From the NCBI GenBank assembly GCA_964106645.2, contig OZ067044.1: a stretch of 64,000 bases of DNA; one strand, written 5' to 3'. The notes under the pieces were generated by a model that worked only from the letters and a program-made list of their open reading frames with translations, searched no databases and was not told where the DNA came from. The position numbers and the translations under genes are program-made. Below, one piece after another: positions 7,501-20,268 of the stretch; within the stretch, counting starts at the first letter, position 1; each line of letters opens with the position of its first letter. This DNA comes from Podarcis pityusensis. Taxonomy: Eukaryota.

Positions 7501-8805
7501 AGTAGCAAGTGCAATTAATCAACCAGAATGGTGGAAGCATAGAAGATGACAGACTAATACAAGCAACCAAATCAACCATGAGATGATGTTAGAAATTAGC
7601 ATATACCACAATCTTTCATATTTATTTAGTATTTTTTAGCGGTTCACCTCTGAGGCAGAGGGAAATGAGGGAACTTCTAGAAAGGTGGTGGGCAAGTTGC
7701 CTATCAGCTATTTTCTTTCTATTCAGGAGCCCTTCATAAGCATTCAAATGTATTTTCAGAAGATAGCTTTGCATCAAGTGGTATACCATATACCACAGGA
7801 TTTGATGGTTGGCATGCAATGATATTGAAAAATATCTGTCAGTTGACATATAATAGCTGTCTTGTTGTTTTTTAAACTTATTGCAGGGGTAATCAATAGG
7901 GTGCTCTCCGGATGTTGTTTGACTACAATTTCCATCATTCTGCACCATTGGCTATGTGGGCTGAGGATGATAAGAGTTGGAATCCAACAATATCTGGGTC
8001 TGATACTTCTCGCATATAACTGATAAGATGCAATGCAGATACACAATAAGGTTTGATCCAGTGAAGCATGAGCACAGTGTCCACATGCAAAGAATCCTAC
8101 TGAGCTCAATAGAGTCCTTTCCCACTTCACATCAGTCTAACTGCACTGTTCTCACACTTGCTCAGGATATGTGTATCTACATAGGTATCAGCAATCCCAT
8201 GGTCTAGACATCCTGGTTCATTTAGGTCTTCCCTACTGTGTGTGTAGCTCTAATCTTTCTCTGTAACGCTAATCAATCATAGCTGTTACTTCACCCATTG
8301 GCTAAAAACACTGAAAGGGAGTTGCCCGTACTGTGTTTCCTGGTTTTAATTACCACATTATTTCCTTGTAACAGAATATTATCCAGCAACCTCTTCAGGT
8401 GGGCCAACTGAGGGACCATTCATAATGTCAGTAACAAAACCATAGATATTTCTGTATCCCAGAAATCCCACATGAGAGTTCTGTATCCCATTTACACTCA
8501 TTATTTCCCACGCTAAAAAGTAAAGGTTGCTTATCTCTCTTTTTTTTGCTTTTGGAATACAATAGGCAAAAATACCTGTTTGCAATAAAAATGGCACTAT
8601 ACATGCCATTGTTTTGTACAGACACAGCTCTACATTGGTACCAAATGCAATTTAGTAATAGAAAATTAAAATGTTCAGTCTCTTGAGCAGTGAAACCACA
8701 AACTGGTTTATTGTTGCAGAAATATTTTTTTTAGAATGTGGGGAACAGCCCTTCCCATTCACATTCCTCCTGCTAAGGTTTGTTAAACACCCATGGCTGG
8801 ATTAA

Positions 8806-9170
8806 CAGACCCTCCAAGTGTCCCTATTTTCCAGGGACGTCCCTGATTTAGAGAAGCCGTCCTGGTTTCTGATTTGATCCTGGAATGTACCACTTTTCCT
8901 TAGGATGTCCCTATTTTCATTGGAGAAATGTTGGAAGATATGGTAGGATGGAGAACATTGGAGAAATACTGGAAGGTATGGTTATCTGACCCCCGAGCTA
9001 TCTGAAGGCAATCCTGTATTGGGAAGGTTTTTTAAAAAAATGTTTAATGTTTTATTATGTTTTTATATATGTTGAAAGCTGCCTAGTAAGATGTGTGGGG
9101 TATAAATAGTAAAATTATCATTATGGAGTGGGACGTCCCTGTTTTCATCAGAGAAATGTTAGAGGATATG
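8806..9170. mobile_element. Non-autonomous TIR DNA element containing an L2-like tail
   Basis: cagaccctccaa left end and ttagaggatatg right end; GATTAA on both flanks (8800-8805, 9171-9176); similar termini at 61528-61866. Confidence 0.55.
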
Positions 9171-10960
9171 GATTAATCATTATTCTAAGTACCATTTCAG
9201 TGTACAACTCCCCAAAAAATCTGGGGCCTGGGTGGGTCACCATTCCTGCTTTTTGAAATGAAGTTTTGTTTAAAGCTAGGGAAGAAAGCACTTTAAAGAA
9301 AAATGAACTGAAGCAGGAAGAAGGAAGTTCAGGCATGGCTGGCAGAGAAGAGGCACATTCTGATACATACTGTTCCTTTGCTTAGGGAGCAAATGGGAGC
9401 TGAAACAGCCCGTTGGTTTTCAAAATGAACTGTGAGACCATGCCTAGACCATGTCCCCTTCCCAGGTTGCACCCTTAGTTGTCCCACTCCATGCCCTTCT
9501 CAAATGTTTCTTCCTAGCTGGAATGTGCCCTTGAACTGTGATCTTGCTTATCCTTTGCCTGGATGGAGATTCGTATTTGTAGAAATCTCTGATTTATGCG
9601 TAGTTGGAATGTAATCTACTGTACAAAGCTAAAAGACACACCTATGGGTTTCACTCATTTTGGCCTCTGGCCCCATCTTGCACCGGCATTTACCCTCCAG
9701 AATGAATGAACCCATGGTTCCAAAAAGGGTTCCTCATCCCTGATATAAACCCATTTGCTCCCTTGTTTCACAATTCTGATAAAGAAGTTGTTTTTTTAAA
9801 AAAAAACTTCTGTAGAAGCAGAACTGAAGTGCTAGCATTTCTCTGCCCCCTTTCCATCCAGAATTAGCCAACATTGCTGCAACCGTCTATTTATTTCATC
9901 ACATGATTGTTTTAGTGTTATTTGAAGCACTATTTTGGAGCCAGACATAATCACATTATACAGTTCCCCACCTTATTAACTGGCAGAGAACCATTCCCCA
10001 TTAGACAATTGATCCTGGGTAGATGAAGCCATTAAAAACAGCACTAATTAGCTGAAGATAGGAGACAGAAACACAGGCTGTATCCTTTCCTTTCATGCTC
10101 CGGGAAGTTCATGTTCCAGACAAATAATAATTGATATGTACTCTTCCTTAATTGTGGATGTTAACAGCCCGCAGTATAATGACAGGCTGACAATCCCTGT
10201 CTAGCCCATTGTATGTTTAGTTTTGAATCCATGTACCACTGACTAACATTTCTGGTTAAAACCTGGATTTCAGAGAATACACTTACAACATTGTCATAAT
10301 CAGAGGTGGGCAGACTACATTAGTTTTCCAAATTACATTTAATATGTGCCCGAGTGTCTGTTGTTTTGTTGGCTCGGAGGACTGGATGTTCATAATTATG
10401 AAATAGCGAATGAGAACAGGAAAATAATGAGCAGCATGGAAAACCAAAAACACCTAAGCAGAGTCCTAAGTCGAAACAAAAGATAGCAGCCTTAAGTTCA
10501 CGGTGTTGTAGGTCACAGGGCTAGGAAGTGATATATAAATACTGCGTTAAGTAAAACGGCACTTTTACCATCCCTCAAAAAACAATCACCTGTAGCCGAA
10601 TTCTTGTGTCTCGTCTGCAGCCACACCCTGTGCTGCCCTGGTAACACAAGAATGTCTGGGGAGGGAGGAGAACCTGAGACTTATTTATTATTATTATTAA
10701 GAGTAGGAGCAATATTAGCAATAGCAGCTGGCACGGCTGTGCAGGTGAGGCTGCAGTGGTCTCCTGTCTTCCCAATGTCACATGACACTACCATATAGCA
10801 AGAGGGAGAAAGGACAGGCAGCAGGAGCTCCATGTGATGTGTGCATGGTGTGGAGCATCAGATTGGCTCTGCTGCCTTGCCCCACCCCTCTAGGTAAGCA
10901 GCAGCAGCATGTGGAAAAGACAGGAAAGCAATGGAACCCCACCAGCCACTTCTTAGTGTT

Positions 10961-11077
10961 CAGGGGTCGTCAACCTTTTTATACCTACCGCCCACTAATG
11001 CATCTTTCTTGATGGTAAAATTACCTTACCGCCCACCAGTGCTGCAGTAACATGTGCCATAGAACCCCCTACCGCCC
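10961..11077. mobile_element. Truncated hAT-like MITE end
   Basis: CAGGGGTCGTCAACCTTTT terminus with three taccgcccac subterminal repeats; other end not found. Confidence 0.45.
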
Positions 11078-11337
11078 ACCAAAGGTGTCATGGACTCTGA
11101 AGATGCTCAAACTCAAACTCAGGACGAAAGGGAGAAACGTGCTAAAAGGAAAGCACATTTGGCAAACCCTCACCATGATCAACTCCTGCCTGGAAACCTA
11201 TGTCCCCACTGTGGAAGGACGTGTGGATCCAGAATTGGCCTCCACAGGCACTTATGGATTCACTGTTAAGACCATGTTCATGGAAGACAACCTTTACTCA
11301 GCTACGAATGATTGCCAAAGAAGAAAGAAGAAGAAGA
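11078..11337 (+). mobile_element. RTE-clade LINE 3' fragment
   Basis: 11201-11269 translates to CPHCGRTCGSRIGLHRHLWIHC* (RTE C-terminal C2H2 finger), then a short UTR and (GAA)n tail. Confidence 0.8.
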
Positions 11338-11443
11338 TAGCATGCAAAAGTTATGAAGTCCCTACCCAGAGATCTTATAATCGCCACTAATAGATTGGTC
11401 ACCTGGCACCATGTGGAACTCTATTGAATCCTTCAAGTGCATC

Positions 11444-11444
<1 letters not shown>

Positions 11445-11484
<40 letters not shown>
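11445..11484. repeat. (CA)n microsatellite
   Basis: About 20 AC units. Confidence 0.95.
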
Positions 11485-11488
<4 letters not shown>

Positions 11489-12883
11489 CTTGAGTCCAGT
11501 TTGGACTGTTAGAAAATATATCAGGAAGTGCAAGACTGAGACAGTGAAACTAGAAAGGTACAAAGTGGTGCCTAGTATGTTGGATCAACAGCCTGTCTAC
11601 CTGCTCAGTCTGAAGAGTGGTCTCATCCCAAGTACACAGGGAGGAATGAGCCGATCAATATTCTAAAACTATGTAGGGCGGATGGACCCTAAATATGCAA
11701 TTTAGGAGTGGGAGAAGAAAGGGAAGTGACATGTGGGATAAATGGAATGTTGTATATCTGGGTTGACATTAGGATAATTCTTCTGTTTTATTTATACTAT
11801 GCTATTCAGAATTACTCATTATCAGAGAAAACAGCACACAACAGATACTCTGTTTGACTGATTGTACCTTTGAAGAAGCATCAGATTAATACAACCTGCA
11901 TAAGGGCCAAGGCACAAGGACATTATGATTCAAAGAAATAGGAGATAATTGGAATCTGTCCTGATGTATGTCCAAATGTGGAAAGCCTGATAGCTATTAA
12001 CGAAACAGGAAATTTAATGTCAAATATCAGCATTCAGCAAACTCTTCAAAACTAATGAGTTAAGCTGTTAAGATAAGATGTTTCTCCGTTTATAAAAGGG
12101 CAAGAAATAAAACTACTAAAGGGAAGGAACTCCGTGAAATAAAACGATGAAGGCTGAGGCAGTGTGTTATGGAGACTGGCTGTCTACTCTTTACAAAGTG
12201 TAAGTCTTTGGTCAAGCAAATGTGGAATAAAAAGCCATTACCCAAGAACCCTAAGAGACCTGTAATAACCCAAGTTAACATGAAGTTATAGGGCATGATT
12301 TTCTTTTCTAATGAGGAACAGGGGGAACCCCTGATGCCGTAGTAGTGCCTGAATGGGAGACCACCAGGAGCCCAATATAAGCCACTCTGAGCTTTCTAAA
12401 AGCACCGGGAGCGCATATTAATAGAAAATGGAGCTACCCCAGATCTCACTGATGAAGATGTATTACCTGCAAGGCAGACACATTAAAAATACACAGCAAC
12501 CTTGGAAGCCTCAACCCATGTCTGACTTCCTCACAAAGATATATGCCTTAGCAATTTCTATGTAACATTTCTTTAGGAACAAGAATTTCCTTACATGGCA
12601 CAGCAACAAACTGAAGTTTACCATTGATAGTGGGTGCCAGGTTATTATAGCTCTTTGTCAAATGTACATCTGTTCCAAAAATGTACTTTCAAACATTTGT
12701 TTCTCACATTCACACATTACTGTATATTTTTAGGTACATGTCATAGGCATACACCCCTACCCTCAAACAAGTATCTGGTACAATCCCTTCCCATGTGGGT
12801 ATAGTGGTCATGTGCAAAAGGATCCTCACAGATCCCAAAAAGTTTCTTCTGCCTCTACTGCTTGTGCATGAGTGTGCATACAG

Positions 12884-13037
12884 AAACCTATGAAGCTGCC
12901 TTACACAGAGTTATGCCATTGGTCCTTCTCGCTCAGTATTGCTTACACTGATTGGTAGGCAGGAATCTCTACCAGTCCTACCTAGAGATGGTTGGGGTTG
13001 AAAATGGGACCTTTTCATGCAATACCTGAGCTGCAGT
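12884..13037 (-). mobile_element. Degraded tRNA-derived SINE (Squam3-like)
   Basis: gaagctgccttacac..ccattggtcc..ctcagtattg 3' part and gggacctt..tgagctgcag head remnant. Confidence 0.5.
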
Positions 13038-13146
13038 GGACCATTACAGAGATCAGATGTGTGGGGAGAGGGCCAGACACAACTCTTCCAGCCTAGGCTT
13101 CTTCTGGTCAGCCAAGTGTCATGAGTTGAGGTCTGGAGGGCATGTA

Positions 13147-13515
13147 AAGGTAAAGGTAAAGGTAAAGGTACCCCTGCCCGTACGGGCCAGTCGTGTCCGA
13201 CTCTAGGGTTGTGCGCCCATCTCACTTAAGAGGCCGGGGGCCAGCGCTGTCCGGAGACACTTCCGGGTCACGTGGCTAGCGTGACGAAGCTGCTCTGGCA
13301 AGCAAGCACCAGTGCAGCACACGGAAACGCTGTTTACCTTCCCGCTATAAAGCGGTACCTATTTATCTACTTGCACTTCGGGGTGCTTTCAAACTGCTAG
13401 GTGGGCAGGAGCTGGGACCGAAAGACAGGAGCTCACCCCGCCGCGGGGATTCGAACCACCGACCATGCGATCGGCAAGCCCTAGGCACTGAGGTTTTACC
13501 CACAGCGCCACCCGC
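13147..13515 (-). mobile_element. Sauria SINE
   Basis: (ACCTTT)n tail on minus strand; cttccgggtca / cacggaaacgc / cggtacctatttatctacttgc core; B-box ggttcgaatcc; head gcgggtggcgctgtggg. Confidence 0.9.
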
Positions 13516-13809
13516 ATGTACAGCGCCACCTGCATGTACAGACCACTCATTGCTGCCTGGGCATGTTGCTTGCATGCATGTCCCTGTGCATGAGAGGAGA
13601 AACAGGGCTTTGTGGAGCCCTATGAACAGCTCCCCCCCTCCATGAAAGGGCATTGTTTCTGCACAGAGGAGGATTATAACCTAACCCAAGGTGTAGAGAC
13701 GTCCATCGTGAGTGTCTTTAAATGACAAGCAATAAAAAGCTCCTATAAAAGGAAACCAAGAGACAGTATGTAAGTGTGGACACTCAGAAAAAGAAGATTA
13801 TGAGAAATC

Positions 13810-13818
13810 ACACACACA

Positions 13819-13858
<40 letters not shown>
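13810..13858. repeat. (CA)n microsatellite
   Basis: Interrupted CA run. Confidence 0.9.
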
Positions 13859-13859
<1 letters not shown>

Positions 13860-15803
13860 TCCTTGAGTGTCCACTTTTGCAGGCTGTCTCTCAGCTTCCA
13901 TTTACGAGAGCTTATTTCTCTTACTTGTCATTCAAATACACCCACTAAGAGAATGAATAAATGCCATGAAAACTAGCAAGATGACATAATGAATGAGTTA
14001 CTGTAAATGCCTCCAGCATAAAACAATTATGTACCTGCTATTGTCAAAAACATTCAACATTTTCTTTTGTTGAAAAGGAAGCAGCTATAAATTATTCACA
14101 GGGGCACTGAAAGTACTTCTTTTTTCTTTTTGGTTGCTACCAATTAATTCTTCCCTGAACATCCCCAGATATTTAGTTAAGGACAGAAAATTTACATGCA
14201 GAGTTTTGATTTTTCCATGGGGTTATCTAAATGAACATCCTTTTGTTTAAAATATAAAAAAATGACATTTGCGATGTGGAATGGTGAAATACCAACTTTG
14301 CATCTGTGAGCTGAGCACTGTTATAGGGGGTAATTTAGGCTCTGTTTTGCAACAGCAATGCAAAGCAAAGTAAAAATAAGAGCATTGCAAAACAATATAT
14401 GTTGGTGTTCACGTTGCCCTTGTTTTATTTAAAAAAGAAATTAATAAAAATGAGGGAAATTGAATCAGATCATTATAATGTTGACTCAAGAGTGAATGCT
14501 TATTGATCGATTGATATGAGCACTTACAGACTGTCACTATTTTCGGATGGGATTCAATCACGGAACAGCAAATTCAGGTTTCTCATTTATAGTCGATGGA
14601 GACTCTTGTTCAACAAACTCACTTCTCCAAAAGATTGGACTTTTCACGATGAGGAAAGTGATGGGAAAATGCAGTGGAAAGTGTGGGATAATGCTGGTTT
14701 GATGCAACGTCATCTAACCCACCCACAAACAAATCAGGATTTAATGGTCATTCAATAGCCAACATCGCATAATCTTCCTGCAAGCAAATCAGAGAGAAAG
14801 CTTAATAAACAGGTTGTCTGGACATGCTATCTATCTGTGTCTGAGAAGAAGCAGGGGCCTGGGAAGGCAGGTGGGAAGAAATTCTCAAAATTCTCAGGGA
14901 GAAATATCTTATGAGGTAAAAGCACTAGACTGGCTTTCCTCCCTCAACAAATGTTTTCATCCTCAGACTTAGTTGCGCCACTGCCACAAAACTACAACAA
15001 TCAGCAGCCTGCAGCCTGCCTATTGAAGACACCTGTGTGAGGGCAAAACATCATTCGAGGCATGGTGTGTGTATGGGGTGTGTGTGTGTGTTTGTGTAAA
15101 ATGGTGGCTTCCACTGACCAACCCAGCTGGCTACAACTGTTGTAGCGTCGTCACTGCTTGAGGCAATTGCTAAAGAAGATTTTTATTTTTAAGTTTATTT
15201 TTCACCTTCCTCCCAACATACATTGCAAGAGTCACAAATAAAAACGCACAATCAATAGAAATATTTTAAAAACAATTAAATAAGTAACCCTATAAAAGCG
15301 TGTGTGTGCGTGCGCGCGTGTGTGTGTGCATGTGCGCGCACACACACAGATAGAACTATAACATTCACCGTCAGAAGACCATGTCACAAGACCCAGTTAG
15401 TGGCCAAACGCCAGTCAAAACAAAAGTCTTTGTCTGCTGGCGAAAGGAAGGTAGAGAAGGGGGCAGTCTAGCCGCCCGTGGAGGGGGAGCAGCCACTGAG
15501 AAGGCCCTCTCTCATGTCCTCAGAAAACGTGCCTGTGAAAGTGGCATGGCTGAGAGATTTTTTTGTAGCAAAACATGTAATGCCACTGATGCTTTCCTGG
15601 TAAGCCCCTCCCCTCCTTCCCAAAAATGTTTGAAAAATTCTTCTGCCCCCTGATAAAAATGGCTGAGATGTTTCCATTCACTTTCAGATTTCCAGTCTAC
15701 TTCCACTCCATTTCAATGGCCAACCACAACTTCTAGTACAATGAGGGCAAGCAGAAGAATGCCACACCATGCATAATTTTGCAAACACCTACAGGTTCCC
15801 CTT

Positions 15804-16305
15804 TAAGACCGCATCTTAAAAAGCAGAGACATCACCTTGCCAACAAAGGTCCGCATAGTTAAAGCTATGGTTTTTTCCAGTAGTGATGTATGGAAGTGAG
15901 AGCTGGACCATAAAGAAGGCTGATCGCTGAAGAATTGATGCTTTTGAATTATGGTGCTGGAGGAGACTCTTGAGAGTCCCATGGACTGCAAGAAGATCAA
16001 ACGCATCCATTCTTAAGGAAATTAGCCCTGAGTGCTCACTGGAAGGACAGATCCTGAAGCTGAGGCTCCAATACTTTGGCCACCTCATGAGAAGAGAAGA
16101 GTCCCTGGAAAAGACCCTGATGTTGGGAAAGATTGAGGGTACAAGGAGAAGGGGATGACAGAGGATGAGATGGTTGGATAGTGTTCCCGAAGCTACAAAC
16201 ATGAGTCTGACCAAACTGCGGGAGGCAGTGGAAGACAGGTGTGCCTGGCGTGCTCTGGTCCATGGGGTCACGAAGAGTCGGACACGACTAAAAAACTAAA
16301 CAACA
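15804..16305 (+). mobile_element. Bov-B (RTE) LINE, 5'-truncated 3' fragment
   Basis: LRVPWTARRSN..LKLRLQYFGHLMRREESLEKTLMLGKIEG; tail gtccatggggtcacgaagagtcggacacgact..(CAA)n; 13-bp TSD acaggttc(c/t)cctt at 15791-15803 and 16306-16318. Confidence 0.93.
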
Positions 16306-19300
16306 ACAGGTTCTCCTTAGCTGTCTCTCCCTCTATAAGATAAATAATCCCAAATGTTTTTAGCTTTCCTTGCAGGGAGAATGCTCCAACCGCTTGCTCA
16401 CCTTGATTGCCCTTTTCTGTACCTTACTGTCTTGTTTTTGTCCGATGATGCAGTTTTGCTCCCCCCCCCCACTCCCTTTGGATCTGCTTTTTTCCACCTT
16501 GGGACAAGAAGGAGCCTTGTCTGGTTTTTCATCTCCGTAACACCCTGGAAGGCTCCATTTGTTTGGACAGGCTCACTCTGACAGGATTCAAGAACTCCCC
16601 GACTTAGGCATAATTAGTCATTCATACAACTGAGGAACTGGGTATATACATTTATAACAATTTAAGCTGAGATGTTTCTTAAAATAATTCTGGAAATGTG
16701 CTTAATTATTAGGTACTAATGCCAATGCCAATGGCTTACAATATGATACCATAATGACTTCCCAGCAAACAATGGGGGAAGTGAACACTTCATCATTGTA
16801 AGCTATTTAGAAGACCCTGTCTAATATTAGTCTACGACTACTTAGCGAAATGAGAAAACAAACTGTAAAATCCTAACAGAAGAAACCCACTTCCTTTCCG
16901 AGTCTCAAGAGGGAGGGTTGGGCTGTAATAAAGCTTTGTTGTCAATTAAGCATATTTTTCATACCCTCATTAGCGCAAACGTCTATTTTAGGAAAGGATT
17001 TCTTGTTGCCATTCAGCTGTAACATTTAGGCTTATGTTGGCTCCCAGAGTCTCTGCTTTAAAAAAAAATACGAAGAAAAGAGGTGTGTGTGGGGGGGGGG
17101 AGGGAATATCTTCCATGGGACGTGTGCGTGTGAGTCCTGTAACTGTTAAGTGTAATTAATAGCAGCACATTGGTAGAAAGTCAGACATAATAATTGATTT
17201 CTTCTTTTTACTGTGCTAAAGATCAAGGGAACATATCCTTCATCCTCCATTATGCACGCACAGCAATAGCAGAATAGATCCTTTGGGAGAGTTTGAATAT
17301 CCGGTGTTTTGCTGCCCACAAGATCCTTATTATAAAAGGTGTTGTAAGCTAGCCAAGATGAAGAAAAGCTGCTGCTGCTGCTAGAATTACTGAAAAGTGC
17401 TTAGCTCTGATTCCTCATTACAAAAGGAAGGAAGTGGGGGCAGGGAAACAGCACCCCAATAAATGAGATTAATAAATGAGAGGGAAAACCAAGTTGTTCC
17501 GAACAGGCGGCAAGCAGAAATAAACCTCTAAAACCCTACTTGCGGCTGCTTTTCTGTAATGTATTGCTCTTACACTAACTGTATTTACTCAGGAGTAAGT
17601 ACATTTGATTTCATGGATAGAATTATGATTGTAGCCTTAGGCATTGTCAGTGGCTGCCCTGGAGTGGCGAACACACTTCTCCCTGGAGATTTCCCAAAGT
17701 CTGTGTCTGAGGGTGCACACCGGTGTTTGTAACATACAAATGTACCAGATGTGTGCTCAAATCTCCTTTAAATTTGGCTGGTGACCAAGCCAAATTGAGA
17801 GAGTTCATGCTGGGCCATTGGTCGTCTGTGTGAATTATGAGTGTCTCCTGGAGCAGGGTAAGGTGTTTCTATTTGAATGGCTTTTGATGACCAAAGACAG
17901 GAAAAGATGTGTTGAAGGTAAGGAGAGTTAATTACTGTACTGTAGCAAAGGGTATCTAGCTTTCAACCACTGATACCTCACCAAATTTCTTGGGATGGAG
18001 TAGGGTGAGAAAATGTGGATGGATCCAACCTAGGAAGAGAAGGCAAATGAGAAATGTCTGCCATGGTAGCTATTTTCTTAGGACTTAAATTTTCAAAGAG
18101 ATTGTTGTCTACTCAGCTGGTTGGAAATGATCAACTGGCAATTTTAGCTCCCACCTCCAGGATCCCATCTTTCTATCCATGGAAGCTTTGGTCAGCTACT
18201 TTATGAGCTGGAAGAAAGGGAGATGGATTCTATATAGGCCATCAGAAGGGGAAATCATTTCCCACTCATCAAAGCCCATGAAGAGTTTTGTTTTTTAAAA
18301 TCCAAGTTGCTATCCACAACTATTTCACTGTGATCAAGATGGCTAAACTTACAACAATGTGATTAACCACAATCCTGTAATTTGCTAACAATATGCCTCT
18401 CAGTTCATTCAATATAGAATGGATGTTTCTAGATTCTGGTTGTTATTCTTTAAGAAAACACTATGACACAGATAACAGCTGACAGAATGTCATTACCATG
18501 TCTAATTTCTGTGGTTTTGCAGCTACTTATGATCAATCTAACCCAACAGATAATGTAAGGCAGGATATATCTATACAGCAATTATAATGAGGCTAAGCAG
18601 CTGAGCCAGGCAGTTGATCATATCCACCACCCCCATTTCAGGATGAGTACTGGTCCTGGATATTGTGGTTACTTCCTATGAGATTTATCTAGGAAGGATA
18701 TAGAATTTACCAGAAGCAGAAGTATCTGAGGATATAGTGTTACAAAACCGATTTCCTATCCCCATTATTCTTTGAAGCTGTGTTGACATGGGCATAAGCA
18801 AATAGTAAGGCAATAAAGAGCTACTCAGAAGTGTGAATTTATCATCTTTTTAAAGAAGGTAAATATATTCTATTTTCAACACCCTCGGCAGAGGGAATGA
18901 CATTCAGTGAGGCAATGGCGGGTGGCCCAGGTTCTTGGTTCTGCTTCCTACAGTATGTTATTTATTTGAAATCTTGCCAGGCTTCTTTTCTGAGGAGAAG
19001 TCTCTCAAAAGGCTTAAGTGGTTTTTAAGAAGTCAAACTCCAACTGCAAAACATATTGCCCTCAGACGGTTGTCCATGAGGGAACATGGCCCTTGGGCTG
19101 AAAAAGCTCCCTCACCTATGAACTGATGGAAGGACCTCCAAGAAAGAAGATGTCACCACATGCTTGTGAACATGTGTTATGTTTTTGTCACATTGCTATG
19201 TTAGCAATGTGATATGTAGGTTTAAGGGTCTCATGAGCAACTTTATGGTTGGGTTTCAAAGTTTATTTAGGGAAGGAAAGCCAAATCCTTCCTACATTCG

Positions 19301-19774
19301 AATGCTTCCTTTGCTGTTACTCTATTGAACTTGAGAGAGTTGTATCACAGATGTTAAGACCCACCCCGCATAATAGATCACATGACATGGTGCATGTACA
19401 CCATTTGAATGGCAATGCTCATCAATTTTGTGGGGGCCTGGCCCCCTCAGGTATTTTATTGTGAGAGTTGAAGCCCCAACAGCCCCTAGGAGTTGGCTCC
19501 TATGATAAGTCTCTCTCTCTGTGCATCTTGATGATCTCTCTTTAAATTCAGGAAACGGCATACTAGGTCTACAGAAGATTTTCTCTCAGCACAGTTGAAC
19601 ATCCACAGTGAACCTGCTGCTGGTGGGTATAATACTGTGTCAAGTTTTACATTTTAATGCATTTCATACACATAACACACAAATACTCAAAACTGAGTGT
19701 TTTCCTGAGAGCATAAAATGGTATGGTATTTATGATGAGCCTTAACCTTCACAGTGCACTTTGTATGGCCAATA

Positions 19775-20009
19775 CAGTCGTACCTTGGTTCTTGAATGGA
19801 AGTTCGACTTCCGAAAACATTTGAAAACAAAGGTGCGGCTTCTGATTGGCTACAGTAGCTTCCTGCACTCAATCGGAAGCAGCGGAAGCAGAGTCGGATG
19901 TTTGGCTTCCAAAAAACGTTCACAAACTGGAACACTCACATCCAGGTTTGCAGCGTTTGGAAGCCTAAACGTCTGAGTACCAAGGCATTTGACAACCAAG
20001 GTACAACTC
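19775..20009. mobile_element. Tc1/mariner-pogo-type MITE
   Basis: TA + cagtcgtaccttggtt ... aaccaaggtacaactc + TA. Confidence 0.75.
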
Positions 20010-20121
20010 TAATGATGATGCCAAACCATAGAGACCATATAAAATGTAGTCTCCAATCTACTCTTTTTGTAACCTCAAGCCTATAGCTGGGGGAATAATT
20101 GCACCCATGGATAGCTGTAAA

Positions 20122-20268
20122 CAGTGCTTCTTTTCTAAAAAAAATGTTTAGGGGTACTCTCAATTTCCTACTCATATTAAAATATTGCCCCTCAATAAGG
20201 CCAAACTTCGATTCACAAAAATGTTTAGAGGTATGCGTACCCCTGCATCCCCCCAGAAAAAAGCACTG
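20122..20268. mobile_element. hAT-type MITE
   Basis: cagtgcttcttttct / agaaaaaagcactg TIRs; perfect 8-bp TSD GCTGTAAA (20114-20121, 20269-20276). Confidence 0.85.
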
